Positions 9,001-20,154 of a stretch of 64,000 nt of DNA are shown here, piece after piece. Positions within the stretch are counted from its first letter, which is position 1. The number at the start of each line of letters is the position of its first letter. The translations under genes were made by a program, and so were the position numbers. Under the pieces are notes generated by a model. The model was not told where the DNA came from. It did no database searches and was given only the letters and a program-made list of their open reading frames with translations. The DNA comes from Candidatus Dadabacteria bacterium. Its GTDB lineage: Bacteria; Desulfobacterota_D; UBA1144; Nemesobacterales; Nemesobacteraceae. The stretch is taken from NCBI GenBank assembly GCA_022822065.1, contig JAJECI010000007.1, positions 10,488 to 74,487 of the forward strand. Reading direction: 5' to 3'.

Positions 9001-10302
9001 ATGAATTCCGTAAACATAGGTCTTATAGGCGCCGGAACCATAGGTTGCGGAGTTTATAAAACGATAAGCGAAAACAAAGACATAATAGAAAAAAGAACCG
9101 GGATAAGGCTCAGAATTAAGAAAGTAGCCGATATCGACATAAAGAGAAAACGTCCGGTAAAAATCCCCAAAAGGCTTTTCACCACCGACGCGCGCGAGCT
9201 CATAGATGACGAGAGCATCTCGATAATAATCGAACTTATCGGCGGAACTACGGCGGCGCGCGAACTGGTTCTGGCCGCGATACGGAGCGGAAAAAACGTC
9301 GTAACCGCAAACAAGGCCCTTCTGGCCCACCACGGGGGCGAGATTTTCAGGGAGGCGGCCGCAAACGGGGTTCACGTGGCGTTCGAAGCGAGCGTGGGAG
9401 GAGGAATACCCATAATCAAAGCGACGCATGAGAGCTATGTGGCAAACAACATTCTCTCCATACACGGAATAATGAACGGGACGTGCAACTACATACTTCA
9501 TAACATGTCGGAGCAGAAAAAAGGGTTTGACGAAATGCTGCGGCGCGCCCAGAAAGAGGGATACGCAGAAGCTGACCCCTCGTTTGACATAGACGGCATC
9601 GACGCCGCCCACAAGCTGTCGATCCTGATAATGCTTGCCTACGGATTCTTTCCGAAATTCGACGACATATACGTCGAGGGAATAAGAAACATCTCCTCGA
9701 CCGATATAAGCTTCGCCGAGCAGCTCGGCTACAAGATCAAACTGCTTGCCATCGCCAAGCTAACCGACTCGGGCGTACAGGCTGGGGTTTATCCTGCCCT
9801 CATAAGAAAAAACACTCAGCTCGCCGATGTAAAAGACGCGTTTAACGCGATCCATATCGTGGGAGACAAGGTAGGTCCGACAATGCTGTATGGAATGGGG
9901 GCCGGGATGCTCCCGACGGCAAGCGCCGTCGTGGGCGATCTGGTTTCAATTGCGAAAACCGCCCAGAACGGTTCTCAGCCCGCTCCTCCCATGCTTTACG
10001 CAGAAGACGCCGGACACAGGTCTCTTGTCAGCACCGACGGTCTTTCGGGCCGCTACTACCTTAGATTCCAGGTTGAAGACAAGCCAGGCACGCTCGGGAA
10101 AATAACCACGATTCTCGGGAAGTGCGGAATAAGCATAGAATCCATAATTCAGCAGACAAGGGAAACAAACGGCGGGGAGGTCCCCATCATAATAATGACT
10201 CACGAGTCGGTGGAGAAAAGCCTCAGGAAAGCTCTTGAGAGGATAGGGAAATCCATGACATCCGTAGCCGATGCGATTTTCATAAGGATTGAAGAAATAT
10301 GA
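9001..10302 (+). CDS. hom: Homoserine dehydrogenase with C-terminal ACT domain
   Basis: GLIGAGTIG, VVTANKA, FEASVGGGIP, GIMNGTCNYIL, GYAEADP, DAAHK and ACT motif DKPGTL; AAGGAG RBS. Confidence 0.97.
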   Translation: MNSVNIGLIGAGTIGCGVYKTISENKDIIEKRTGIRLRIKKVADIDIKRKRPVKIPKRLFTTDARELIDDESISIIIELIGGTTAARELVLAAIRSGKNVVTANKALLAHHGGEIFREAAANGVHVAFEASVGGGIPIIKATHESYVANNILSIHGIMNGTCNYILHNMSEQKKGFDEMLRRAQKEGYAEADPSFDIDGIDAAHKLSILIMLAYGFFPKFDDIYVEGIRNISSTDISFAEQLGYKIKLLAIAKLTDSGVQAGVYPALIRKNTQLADVKDAFNAIHIVGDKVGPTMLYGMGAGMLPTASAVVGDLVSIAKTAQNGSQPAPPMLYAEDAGHRSLVSTDGLSGRYYLRFQVEDKPGTLGKITTILGKCGISIESIIQQTRETNGGEVPIIIMTHESVEKSLRKALERIGKSMTSVADAIFIRIEEI

Positions 10303-11393
10303 GAGAGCCGGCAGTGGCGAGAAAAATCCTCACAGATGCAGAACCGCAGGAACACCCGACGTTCTACAAGGATCTTCTGGATTCGCTTCCCGAGGGGGTG
10401 ATAGTAGCCGACAAGGATCTTAATATAATTTCCGTTAACGAACCGTCTGAGACCATACTCAATATCTCGAGGCGAAAGACCATCGGAAAGCATATATCAA
10501 GTTTTCTGCCGGAAGAGATAACCAACCTCTGCTCAAGGGCGGTGAAAGAAGAAAGAGTCGTACAGGAAAACGATCTGCTTTTCCGGATATCCCGCGACTC
10601 TTCGATCAACGTGGAATGCACAGTGTCTCCGATACACGGAAGCGACGGCAGGATGAACGGACTTGTAATCCAGATAAGAAACACTGAAAAAATGAACATG
10701 ATGTCCATCATCAGCAGAAACTGCAGCCTCGAAGAAAATTACGAAACCCTTGTAAGGGGGCTCGCGCACGAAATAAGAAATCCCCTGAGCGGCATAAAGG
10801 GAGCCGCTCAACTTCTAAACGGCACGTTGTCAAAAACGGAGAAAAACCGGTGCTCGAAGATAATAATAAAGGAAGCGGAAAGACTGAAAGACCTGGTCAA
10901 CAGACTCGTGAAACCGTCGTCGGTATCAACGCAGCATCTGATGTCTGTAGATATAAATGAAATTCTGATTGACATAATATTTCTCGAATCGAACCTTCAT
11001 AAGAACATAAAATTCAAGCACAAGCTCGACGTTACCATTCCTCCCATACCAGGGGACTATAACTCCCTGAAACAGGTATTCATAAACATTATCCAAAACG
11101 CGGTGAGCTCAATAAAGAACGAAGGGCAGATAACGGTCAGCACCAAGTGGGTAACAGATTACAAGATACGCAATAAACACACGGTCCTGATATCGGTAAA
11201 GGACGACGGAACAGGTATACAGAAAAAAGATCTGAAAAAAATATTCACCCCGTTTTTTTCGAGCAAAAAGAAAGGAACAGGACTCGGTCTTTTCATATCG
11301 AGCCAGGTAATAGCAAAATACGGAGGAATAATTACCGCGGAGAGTGCAGAAGGAACGGGCTCCGAATTCAAGATACAGCTCCCGGCAAGCTAA
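10299..11393 (+). CDS. ntrB: PAS-domain histidine kinase, NtrB-like
   Basis: PAS domain, H-box GLAHEIRNPLSGIKGAAQLL typical of NtrB, N/G1/F/G2 boxes; adjacent to an NtrC-like regulator and near glnB-glnA. Confidence 0.85.
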   Translation: MREPAVARKILTDAEPQEHPTFYKDLLDSLPEGVIVADKDLNIISVNEPSETILNISRRKTIGKHISSFLPEEITNLCSRAVKEERVVQENDLLFRISRDSSINVECTVSPIHGSDGRMNGLVIQIRNTEKMNMMSIISRNCSLEENYETLVRGLAHEIRNPLSGIKGAAQLLNGTLSKTEKNRCSKIIIKEAERLKDLVNRLVKPSSVSTQHLMSVDINEILIDIIFLESNLHKNIKFKHKLDVTIPPIPGDYNSLKQVFINIIQNAVSSIKNEGQITVSTKWVTDYKIRNKHTVLISVKDDGTGIQKKDLKKIFTPFFSSKKKGTGLGLFISSQVIAKYGGIITAESAEGTGSEFKIQLPAS

Positions 11394-11405
11394 AGAAACC
11401 AGATC

Positions 11406-12821
11406 ATGAAAAATCGTATTTTAATAGCAGACGACGAAGAAGACATCAGGTGGATACTCGAGACATCCCTTAAAAAATCGGGCTTTGAAATCGAGTGCGC
11501 CGAAAACGGGGAAGACGCCGTCCGAAAAGCATCCGAGGAAGCGTACTCCCTGATTCTTCTTGACATAAACATGCCGGATATGAACGGGTTTGAGGTTCTC
11601 ACCCAGCTTAGAAACAGAGAAATCGACTCGCCCATAATATTCATTACCGCGCAGAACACCGTCAGCAACGCCATAGATTCAATACAACTCGGCGCCTATG
11701 ACTATCTGACCAAGCCGTTTGACCTCGAAGAGGTAAAACTCTTTGCCGAGCGTGCCATAAGAAACTACGAGGCCGGGAGAAAAATAAGGCTGTCTCAGGA
11801 TTCCGAGGAGAATATTTCGTTCGAAGAGATAGTCGGCAGTTCACCCGACATGCTGAACGTATATAAGCTTATCGGTCGCACCGCCTCCAAGAACATCACC
11901 GTGCTGATAACGGGAGAAAGCGGTACCGGGAAAGAACTTATCGCAAGAGCCATCCATTACAACAGCCCGAGAAGAAAGAAAAGGCTGGTATCCGTAAACA
12001 TATCCGCGATCCCCAAGGAACTTATCGAAAGTGAACTGTTCGGATACGAAAAAGGAGCATTCACCGGCGCCACCGCCCTAAAGAAGGGAAGATTTGAAGA
12101 AGCCGACGGCGGAACCCTCCACATAGACGAAATAGGGGAACTCTCAACCGACCTGCAGTCAAAGCTCCTAAGGGCCATCGAGGAAAAACAAATCTACAGG
12201 CTCGGCAGTGAAAAACCGATCTCTGTTGACCCCAGGATAATAGCGAGCACGAATAAAAACCTAAGAGATGCCGTCACGGAAGGTTCCTTCAGAGAGGACC
12301 TGTTTTACAGACTAAACGTCATAACCATAAACCTGCCCCCTCTCAGGAAAAGAAAAGAGGATATAAAGGAGCTGGTTCAACACTTCTTGAAGAAGTACTC
12401 CACCGAATTCGGCATCGAGAAAAAAGTGCTCTCCCCCGAAGCGGAGCAACTATTGATCAGCCACAGTTGGCCCGGAAACGTAAGAGAACTTGAAAACACT
12501 ATAAAACGTCTTCTGGTTTTAACTCCCGACAGCATAGTAAGCGGTGAGGAGACAAAAGAAGCTATAGATTCGCAAACCGGCTACGGAGAAACGGAAACGA
12601 CGGAGAGGAAAACCGAAGAACTTGTTCGCATGATGGTAGAAAACTCGGACTTATCCCTGCACAACATCCACGAAGAGGTAATCGGGAAAGTTGAAAAACA
12701 GCTAATCAAAAACATTCTCGCGAAAACTGACGGAAACATGAAACAGGCAGCGGCAATACTGGGGATAAACAGAAACACCCTGTCAAAAAAGATAAATGAT
12801 CTGGAAATAGAAAAGAGTTAG
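11406..12821 (+). CDS. ntrC: Sigma54-dependent response regulator, NtrC-like
   Basis: Receiver domain (ADDE, LLDINMP), [28 protein letters not shown] and Fis-type [11 protein letters not shown]. Confidence 0.88.
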   Translation: MKNRILIADDEEDIRWILETSLKKSGFEIECAENGEDAVRKASEEAYSLILLDINMPDMNGFEVLTQLRNREIDSPIIFITAQNTVSNAIDSIQLGAYDYLTKPFDLEEVKLFAERAIRNYEAGRKIRLSQDSEENISFEEIVGSSPDMLNVYKLIGRTASKNITVLITGESGTGKELIARAIHYNSPRRKKRLVSVNISAIPKELIESELFGYEKGAFTGATALKKGRFEEADGGTLHIDEIGELSTDLQSKLLRAIEEKQIYRLGSEKPISVDPRIIASTNKNLRDAVTEGSFREDLFYRLNVITINLPPLRKRKEDIKELVQHFLKKYSTEFGIEKKVLSPEAEQLLISHSWPGNVRELENTIKRLLVLTPDSIVSGEETKEAIDSQTGYGETETTERKTEELVRMMVENSDLSLHNIHEEVIGKVEKQLIKNILAKTDGNMKQAAAILGINRNTLSKKINDLEIEKS

Positions 12822-12824
12822 GAC

Positions 12825-13481
12825 CTAATATCCAAGCTTCCTGAGCGCATCGCGCGCCGCGGACTGCTCGGACTGCCTTTTGCTTCTGCCCTTGCCCGTA
12901 CCCGTCAGGTCTGAAGGAATTCTGACCTCCACCGTAAAAGTCCTTTCATGCGGAGGGCCTTCTTCGCTCAGAATCCTGTACTCGGGCGTCTTTCCGAAAA
13001 CGCTCCGGGAAACTTCCTGAAGCTGCGTCTTGCTGTCGCGGGGAAAATCGTTTTCCTCAATGGCGTCTCGAAACAGTCGGGACACCACCTCGAAAGTTTT
13101 CTCGTAGCCCGCGTCGAGATACAGCGCCCCTATAAGTGCCTCAAAAGCATTTGCGTTGTTTGACTTCCTATCCCTCCCGCCGGTGCTTTCCTCGCCCTTT
13201 CCAAGCCTTATCTGCTCTCCCAGGCCCAGCATCTCGGCGTATTTCGCGAAATTCGCACCGCTTACCACCCGGCTTTTAATCTTTGAGAGATCTCCCTCGG
13301 TATATGAAGGGTATTTTTCGTAAAGCAGCACGCTAACCATGCATCCAAGCAGCGCGTCTCCGAGAAACTCAAGTCTCTCGTTGCTGAGGCATGAAAATTC
13401 GTTTGCATATGAACTGTGGGTAAGCGCCGTCTCAAGCAGAGAGGGATCTTTGAATTCATAGCCGAGTTTTCGGTGAGTCAT
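12825..13481 (-). CDS. rnc: Ribonuclease III
   Basis: ALTHSS, NERLEFLGD signature, AFEALIGALYLD and C-terminal dsRBD. Confidence 0.97.
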   Translation of the reverse strand: MTHRKLGYEFKDPSLLETALTHSSYANEFSCLSNERLEFLGDALLGCMVSVLLYEKYPSYTEGDLSKIKSRVVSGANFAKYAEMLGLGEQIRLGKGEESTGGRDRKSNNANAFEALIGALYLDAGYEKTFEVVSRLFRDAIEENDFPRDSKTQLQEVSRSVFGKTPEYRILSEEGPPHERTFTVEVRIPSDLTGTGKGRSKRQSEQSAARDALRKLGY

Positions 13482-13551
13482 TGGGAGAAAATATCATTTA
13501 CCATATTCAAAATCAACATCGTCGCAGGAGTGATTAAATTTTAAAACATTA

Positions 13552-13568
13552 TGCACAATAAACGTGCA
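13552..13568. promoter_or_regulatory. NtrC-type binding site
   Basis: TGCAC-AATAAAC-GTGCA matches TGCAC-N7-GTGCA, upstream of glnB-glnA. Confidence 0.8.
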
Positions 13569-13766
13569 TCATCGGAAAAATCCGAAATGTCCCTTGGAAA
13601 AAGGAGAGATTTTTTTACGAACCAAAATATAAATCGAGTCGGCGTCGGATTCTGAAAATATTTAATTATAGGAGTTAGTTACAAAACAAAAAACTTCCCC
13701 TTCGCAAAAGAAACAGTTATCCTATGTCCCTATTTTAAGAACCAGTTCACTTGGAAACAAAAGAAA

Positions 13767-13782
13767 TGGTATATTTTTTGAT
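13767..13782 (+). promoter_or_regulatory. Probable sigma54 (-24/-12) promoter of glnB-glnA
   Basis: TGGTATATTTTTTGAT has GG-N10-GA spacing (variant -12); about 200 bp downstream of the NtrC box and 44 bp before the glnB ATG. Confidence 0.55.
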
Positions 13783-13811
13783 ACTTTATTGTAGTTGAAT
13801 AACACGCGTAG

Positions 13812-14165
<354 letters not shown>

Positions 14166-14227
14166 TTAGCGCTCGCACCAAAGAAACTTTTCTCTGGAAA
14201 CAATTGCATTAAGGAGGATTATTAATC

Positions 14228-15673
14228 ATGGCTACTAAGTCGGGTCAGCCCGCTTTTCCGAAAAAGCCGGCTGAAATAATGAAGTTCATAAAAGATTACG
14301 AGATTGAGTTCGTTGATCTCAGGTTTCTTGATTTTATAGGTATGTGGCAGCATTTCACCATACCGGCGGAGGAAGTCGACAAGTCATTTTTTGAAAATGG
14401 CCTCGGCTTCGACGGTTCAAGTATCAGGGGCTGGCAGGCGATTAACACAAGCGACATGCTCATTATGCCGGATCCCACCACCTGCAAGGTCGATCCTTTC
14501 ATGCAGGCCCAGACCCTCGTCATAATATGTAATATCGAAGATCCCATAACAAGGGAACCCTACACTAGAGACCCGAGGAACATAGCGAGAAAAGCTATTT
14601 CCTTCATGCAGGGCACAAAAGTCGCGGATACTGCCTACTTCGGTCCGGAACTGGAATTCTTCATTCTCGACGATATCAGGTACGACCAAAGTCCACGCGC
14701 CGGATATTACTTCATAGATTCAGAGGAAGGCATCTGGAATTCCGGGGCCGATGAGCAGCCGAATCTCGGTCACAAGCTCAGGCACAAGGAAGGCTACTTT
14801 CCAACGCCTCCTTCAGACAGCATGCACGACATACGTTCCGAAATGGTAAGCACGCTTCTAAGCCTTGGTATTTCCGTTGAAGCCCATCACCATGAGGTTG
14901 CGACATCAGGGCAGGCTGAGATTGACATGCGTTTCGCACCGCTGGTCGACATGGGAGACAACATGAAATGGTATAAGTATGTGGTAAAGAACGTTGCCCG
15001 GGAACACGGGAAAACGGCCACTTTCATGCCAAAGCCCGTTTTTGACGATAACGGTTCCGGAATGCATATTCATCAGTCTCTGTGGAAAAACGGAAAGCCT
15101 CTTTTCGCAGGAAAAGGGTATGCGGGACTGAGCGACCTTGCGATGCATTATGTAGGCGGAGTATTGAAGCATGCGAGGGCCATATGCGCGTTCAGTAATC
15201 CGATAACGAATTCATACAGAAGGCTCGTTCCCGGATTTGAGGCTCCTGTTAACCTTGCCTATTCGGCGAGAAACAGAAGCGCCGCGGTAAGGATCCCCAT
15301 GTATTCTCCAAGTCCCAAGGCAAAGAGAATAGAGACCAGGTTCCCCGATCCTTCATGCAACGGTTACCTGACGTTTTCCGCTTTGCTGATGGCCGGACTT
15401 GACGGAATCGAAAACAAGATCAAGCCGGGAGACCCGCTGGATAAGGATATCTACGCACTGGGACCCGAGGAGCTAAGCAACATCCCCTCCGTGCCAGGTT
15501 CGCTTGAAGAGGCCGTCAAAGCCCTTGAAGACGACCATGAGTTTCTGCTCAAAGGAGGAGTGTTCACAGAGGACGTAATTGAGACATGGATTGACTACAA
15601 GACGGAAAACGAGATCAACCCGATCAGGCTGAGACCCGTACCGTATGAGTTCATGCTTTATTACGACGTATAA
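14228..15673 (+). CDS. glnA: Glutamine synthetase type I
   Basis: [41 protein letters not shown], and the DKDIY adenylylation-site Tyr. Confidence 0.98.
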   Translation: MATKSGQPAFPKKPAEIMKFIKDYEIEFVDLRFLDFIGMWQHFTIPAEEVDKSFFENGLGFDGSSIRGWQAINTSDMLIMPDPTTCKVDPFMQAQTLVIICNIEDPITREPYTRDPRNIARKAISFMQGTKVADTAYFGPELEFFILDDIRYDQSPRAGYYFIDSEEGIWNSGADEQPNLGHKLRHKEGYFPTPPSDSMHDIRSEMVSTLLSLGISVEAHHHEVATSGQAEIDMRFAPLVDMGDNMKWYKYVVKNVAREHGKTATFMPKPVFDDNGSGMHIHQSLWKNGKPLFAGKGYAGLSDLAMHYVGGVLKHARAICAFSNPITNSYRRLVPGFEAPVNLAYSARNRSAAVRIPMYSPSPKAKRIETRFPDPSCNGYLTFSALLMAGLDGIENKIKPGDPLDKDIYALGPEELSNIPSVPGSLEEAVKALEDDHEFLLKGGVFTEDVIETWIDYKTENEINPIRLRPVPYEFMLYYDV

Positions 15674-15690
15674 GAAAGGAAAAAACTGAT

Positions 15691-15728
15691 AAAAAAGGGG
15701 TGTCCTTCAAAAAGGCACCCCTTTTTTT
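15691..15728. terminator. Bidirectional intrinsic terminator
   Basis: AAAAAA-GGGGTGTC-loop-GGCACCCC-TTTTTTT between convergent glnA and tRNA-Leu. Confidence 0.85.
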
Positions 15729-15734
15729 ATGCTC

Positions 15735-15819
15735 TGCCGAAGGGGGGAGTCGAACCCCCACGGGCGCAATGCCCACAGGATCCTGAATCCTGCGCGTCTA
15801 CCTATTCCGCCACTTCGGC
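15735..15819 (-). tRNA. tRNA-Leu(CAG)
   Basis: Reverse complement GCCGAAGTGGCGGAATAGGTAGACGCGCAGGATTCAGGATCCTGTGGGCATTGCGCCCGTGGGGGTTCGACTCCCCCCTTCGGCA; long variable arm, no encoded CCA. Confidence 0.96.
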
Positions 15820-15821
15820 TC

Positions 15822-16913
15822 TTATCTTTCTCTCCAGGACGCCACGGTCGGATACGAATTTTTCTTTTTCAGGTTTTTACGGATAACGGCCTGAATCTGT
15901 CTTGTAACGGGAATTTGCTCTCCCACTATGCCTGTGGAAACAGCGGTGTAGACATCGCTTTTTCCGCTCTTAAGAACCACTCCCGAAATGCCGGAGCTTA
16001 TCTTAAGACTGGAATCCACTCCCTTCAAGATTTTATTGGTCTCGCTGGCAGATATGACTCTCTTGGTACTCCTGCGAATGATTATCTCGTCGGCCATTCT
16101 CCCGACTAAGCTGTCTTTCATCTCCCGGGGATCGTTCTGCCTCTCGTTGACCGAGACCCCCGCGGCCTTAATGGTAGCCATTATCACCGGTTTTGAAGCG
16201 GTGCTGAAATTCACCTTCTTGTCTTTGGGATACACGGTCAGATAGTCTTTGACCTTGAAAAAGAAATCCTTGTCCATCCCCTCAATCATCCTAATTTCCT
16301 CAACGCTGTCAAGCGGTCCGTCCTTAATATAATAAGGGTTCTCAAGTTTGGTGTAATAGCTCCCACCGGCTCCATCGGGGTCCTGATCGTTTCCGCTACC
16401 CCGCGCCGCCCCGTCAAGCCAGTTCACCAGACTTGCCACGAAGAGATCGGCCTTCTCCGTCTCCACCTCGAGAAAGCGGAAAAGTTCATTTAGCTGCGTT
16501 CGGACCTGAAAATCCACTCGGCCCGATTTCTGGCCCACAAGAGCGTTGAGATTGACTTTCGATCTCTCGTCTACAACTTGAAGAGATATGTTTCCTTCTC
16601 CGATGGGAAAAGAGGTGATGGAAAGCTTCCAGCCGTCGGAACCGTTTTCCGAGCTTATTGCCTGCGCAAGGATTCCCTGCAGTAAGGGTAGGTCCTCTGG
16701 TGTTTTTTTTCTCAGAACCCCCCGCACAACTCTCACCCCTGATTTCGCAATATGTCTTGCCTGGACATCGCTTGAGCTGTTCGCGGAAATTTCGTAACTC
16801 ACGCGGGTCGAGTATATGAAATCAATCACGATCGTGGAAAGTATCGCAATCGTAATGACAACGATAACAAGTACTATTCCCCTCTGCGTTGTTTTCGGAT
16901 CTGCTCTGCGCAT
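15822..16913 (-). CDS. gspK: T2SS minor pseudopilin GspK
   Basis: QRG/IVLVIV prepilin site lacking Glu5, DERSKVNLN, LDSVEEIRMIEG, KVNFSTA. Confidence 0.93.
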   Translation of the reverse strand: MRRADPKTTQRGIVLVIVVITIAILSTIVIDFIYSTRVSYEISANSSSDVQARHIAKSGVRVVRGVLRKKTPEDLPLLQGILAQAISSENGSDGWKLSITSFPIGEGNISLQVVDERSKVNLNALVGQKSGRVDFQVRTQLNELFRFLEVETEKADLFVASLVNWLDGAARGSGNDQDPDGAGGSYYTKLENPYYIKDGPLDSVEEIRMIEGMDKDFFFKVKDYLTVYPKDKKVNFSTASKPVIMATIKAAGVSVNERQNDPREMKDSLVGRMADEIIIRRSTKRVISASETNKILKGVDSSLKISSGISGVVLKSGKSDVYTAVSTGIVGEQIPVTRQIQAVIRKNLKKKNSYPTVASWRER

Positions 16914-17588
16914 TCAGTCAGCCACCGGTATAGCAACAATCATGGAATGGGCCTCCTCCTGACCCCCGTTCCCCAAAAGAATGATCTGGACCTGAACCGC
17001 TTTGGGGAATCCCCGCATTACTGACGAATTCCACTCCCACACCTCTTGCTCGTCAGCCGAGCCCGGAAGTCGTTCGGGAAGGAAACTCACCCTGAAACTC
17101 AGCACCCTTTCCGAAATCGGATACGCGGCTCCGGCCTCATCGTTTCCGATCCAGTAATTATCCTTCCTCATAAGGGCAAACATATCTTCGCGCTCGTCGC
17201 GGAGCGGAACCAGATAGTAGGAGATCTCGCTCTGGCCGGATTGGGTGGAATAATGCGTGGGATCCTTCGCAAAAGAGGTGAATGCTATTCTGCTGTTATC
17301 CTCTTCGAGTCTCCCGGTAAAGTAACTATATGCGGAGGGAGAAGAGACCTCGGAATTGATATTCCCCCTGGGAAAAGCATTCACCAGGTCGTGGCGCATC
17401 TTAAGCAGAATCGTGTTCGCCTCCTGGATCAATTCATTTTCCGTCTCCACCCTGCGTTTGGCTGTTATAAGCTGGGAAAAGGAGCTATAGAGCATCGTGA
17501 GCACGATGACCGTTATGGCAACGGCGATAAGAACCTCTATAAGGGTGAAGCCGCTTTTATCATCCCGAATCGACGAAGCTGATTTCAT
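16914..17588 (-). CDS. gspJ: T2SS minor pseudopilin GspJ
   Basis: SG/FTLIEVLIA prepilin motif, C-terminal FPKAVQV, position in cluster. Confidence 0.88.
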   Translation of the reverse strand: MKSASSIRDDKSGFTLIEVLIAVAITVIVLTMLYSSFSQLITAKRRVETENELIQEANTILLKMRHDLVNAFPRGNINSEVSSPSAYSYFTGRLEEDNSRIAFTSFAKDPTHYSTQSGQSEISYYLVPLRDEREDMFALMRKDNYWIGNDEAGAAYPISERVLSFRVSFLPERLPGSADEQEVWEWNSSVMRGFPKAVQVQIILLGNGGQEEAHSMIVAIPVAD

Positions 17589-17934
17589 AGCTCTCCTCCC
17601 CGTCGTTCCAGATTATAAGAACACTGACGATGGTCATTTTCGCTTCGAATTGGGGTAAGTTGTAAGGGGAAATTGTGATATGCCACTCAAAACCGGGATG
17701 ATTTTCAAATTCCCCGCTTCTCTCCGACTCCGACGGGAACCCTTCAGCGTCGATTCTTGAAGCCATGTCGTCGGCCAGACTCGTGGCTATCAGGTAGTTG
17801 GTGGACCTTGTGGCAAGATTTATATTGTGACCTACAATGCTGAGGATTGACACCATCGCAAAGGCGAGCAACCCAACGGCAACCATAACTTCAAGCAACG
17901 TGAACCCGCAGACGCTGTTTTTCGAGGCCCTCAT
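17560..17934 (-). CDS. gspI: T2SS minor pseudopilin GspI
   Basis: G/FTLLEVMVA motif, 124 aa, position in cluster. Confidence 0.88.
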   Translation of the reverse strand: MRASKNSVCGFTLLEVMVAVGLLAFAMVSILSIVGHNINLATRSTNYLIATSLADDMASRIDAEGFPSESERSGEFENHPGFEWHITISPYNLPQFEAKMTIVSVLIIWNDGEESYEISFVDSG

Positions 17935-17946
17935 ACAGTTTTCTCC

Positions 17947-18480
17947 CTACCGTTCGGCAAGGTTCCGAAACCGGCTGTTAAATTCGACGTACTCGTCAAA
18001 AACTTTAGTGGCCCCGGTGTAGGGGTTTGTGGAAAGCGTGAAGAAATTGTCCTCATCAGTTCCCAGGTGAATAACCGCCGAGTCAACAATCCCCGTCGGC
18101 AGAAAAAGTATAAACGCGTCTCTTCCGGAAGCGATCTTTCCTTGGGTTCTCTCCGTCTGTATATCGCTGAAAAAGACCCCTCCGGGGAGTTTTCTTAGTC
18201 CGGATGCGGAACCCTCCTCCGAGCGGAACTGGTTTCCCTCAAGAAATTCTGCCCAGTATTCCCCGGTATCGATATCGAAAGAAAGCTTGTATATCCGTTT
18301 TTCAAAAATGGCTTTGCTGTAAACGTGCCTTATCGTAGTGACAAGCCCTCTTGAAGCGCTGCGAAGGTTCATGTCACCCGTTTTGAGGACTCTGGGCATG
18401 GCCACGGAGAAAAAAGCTCCGAGCAAAAAAACAACCACAATGAGTTCAATTAAGGTGAAACCAGCGGATTTTCTTCTCAT
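17947..18480 (-). CDS. gspH: T2SS minor pseudopilin GspH
   Basis: AG/FTLIELIVV motif; lies between gspG and gspI. Confidence 0.85.
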   Translation of the reverse strand: MRRKSAGFTLIELIVVVFLLGAFFSVAMPRVLKTGDMNLRSASRGLVTTIRHVYSKAIFEKRIYKLSFDIDTGEYWAEFLEGNQFRSEEGSASGLRKLPGGVFFSDIQTERTQGKIASGRDAFILFLPTGIVDSAVIHLGTDEDNFFTLSTNPYTGATKVFDEYVEFNSRFRNLAER

Positions 18481-18896
18481 CTGTCTCTGCTGGACAGATC
18501 ATCATCTGAGTTCCCTATCCCATCCGAACCGTTAGATCTTATATAGTACAATCCGTCCTCGGTCTGGTCGACCCCGAGATACACAAACTCGTTCCCCCAA
18601 GGATCAAGCGGCACGCTCGCGGATTCAAGATAACGTCTCCACCTCTTGGCCTCTCTGCCCACCGTTACCGGTTCGACCAGAGCGCGCAGCCCTTGCTGGG
18701 TTTCAGGATAAAAACCGTTATCAAACTTAAACAGCTGGAGCGCCTGCTCAAACTGTTTGATCTGAATCACGGCCTGTTTTTCCTTTGCCCTCTCCCCCTG
18801 ACCTATCACGTTCGTTCCCACTATGTAGGCAAGTCCCGCTATGATAAGCACGACCACCATAATTTCAATCAGAGTAAATCCCATCTGGGATCTCAT
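18477..18896 (-). CDS. gspG: T2SS major pseudopilin GspG
   Basis: G/FTLIEIMVV, FKFDNGFYP...QGLRALV, DPWGN, Ca-site GSDG...DDD. Confidence 0.95.
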   Translation of the reverse strand: MRSQMGFTLIEIMVVVLIIAGLAYIVGTNVIGQGERAKEKQAVIQIKQFEQALQLFKFDNGFYPETQQGLRALVEPVTVGREAKRWRRYLESASVPLDPWGNEFVYLGVDQTEDGLYYIRSNGSDGIGNSDDDLSSRDR

Positions 18897-18914
18897 TTTT
18901 TTCTACCTCCCTAT

Positions 18915-20123
18915 TCAGCTTATTACAGAAGTTAGATTCAACACGGGTAAGAGTATAGCAAAAACTATAAAACCCATCACGACGCCCATAATCAGTATCA
19001 TTACCGGTTCAAGAAGGGAAGTCAGCGTGGCAAGCATGCCGTCGACCTCGGTATCATACATGTCGGCCACTTTCGACAGCATGACTTCCATTTTGCCTGC
19101 CTCCTCGCCCACAGACACCATTCTCACCATTAGGGGAGGAAAAATCCCGGTCTGTCCAAGACAGCCTCCAAACGCCGCCCCCTCTGCAACCTTGACCCGC
19201 ACATCCCTTATATTGTCAATATAAAGACTGTTTCCCATAACCGATTCGCTCACCCTGATGGATTCAAGAAGAGGAATGCCGCTTGAAAGCAGCGTGGAAA
19301 GCGTTCTTGTGAAGCGGGAAATCATCACTTTTGAAGACATCTTCCCGAATACCGGAACCCTCAGGGAAAACCTGTCGTAGACCTTCTTTCCTGAAGGAGT
19401 TTTTACGTACCTGTGTCCAAAAAATAATACGACGGCAAAGAAAACCAGCAGAAGGACAAAATTCTCCCTGAGAAAATCACTTGCACCTATAAGCACTACG
19501 GTAACAAACGGCAAAGCCTTGTTGCTGGCCTCGAATATATCGGCGACCTTGGGAATTACGAAAGTCATCATGAAAACCAGCACCCCGAGCCCGACGACAA
19601 ACATTATCGCCGGATATACCATGGCACCCCTGATCTTCGAAGTCAGCTCAAGCTGCTTTTCAAGGAAATCCGCAAGACGGTCGAGCACGACATCAAGGGT
19701 GCCGCTAGCCTCGCCGGCACGAACCATGCTCACGTAAAGATCAGAAAAAGCTCCTTCGTGCTCCTCAAGCGCGGCGTGAAGAGAACTGCCTTCACTCACT
19801 CGGCTTCGCACCTGAGAGAGAATCCCCTTGAGCTTCTGGTCATCGGTCTGCTCGTAGAGGGCCACAAGCGACGTCTCAAGAGGAAGACCCGATGAAATCA
19901 GGGTTGAGAACTGCCTTGTCATAACGGCAAGTTCCGAGACGCTCACCCTGTTCCACGGAAGGCTTACCGACGAGCGGCGAGACCCGCTCGCCTCCTTTAT
20001 GGAGGAAAGATAGATGCCGCCTTTTCTTAGCCTGTCGCCTGCGATCTTGACCGATTCTGCGCTGATAACCCCCTTTATCGATTCGCCCTTGTCGTTAATG
20101 GCTTTATAGTTATAAACAGGCAT
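18915..20123 (-). CDS. gspF: T2SS inner-membrane platform protein GspF
   Basis: Likely start MPVYNYKA (ATG 20123); TRQFSTLISSGLPL, AGEASGTL, AMVYP, GEEAG, LLEP. Confidence 0.95.
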   Translation of the reverse strand: MPVYNYKAINDKGESIKGVISAESVKIAGDRLRKGGIYLSSIKEASGSRRSSVSLPWNRVSVSELAVMTRQFSTLISSGLPLETSLVALYEQTDDQKLKGILSQVRSRVSEGSSLHAALEEHEGAFSDLYVSMVRAGEASGTLDVVLDRLADFLEKQLELTSKIRGAMVYPAIMFVVGLGVLVFMMTFVIPKVADIFEASNKALPFVTVVLIGASDFLRENFVLLLVFFAVVLFFGHRYVKTPSGKKVYDRFSLRVPVFGKMSSKVMISRFTRTLSTLLSSGIPLLESIRVSESVMGNSLYIDNIRDVRVKVAEGAAFGGCLGQTGIFPPLMVRMVSVGEEAGKMEVMLSKVADMYDTEVDGMLATLTSLLEPVMILIMGVVMGFIVFAILLPVLNLTSVIS

Positions 20124-20154
20124 TTGAAATATCGATGTTAAAGATGACTGCGGT

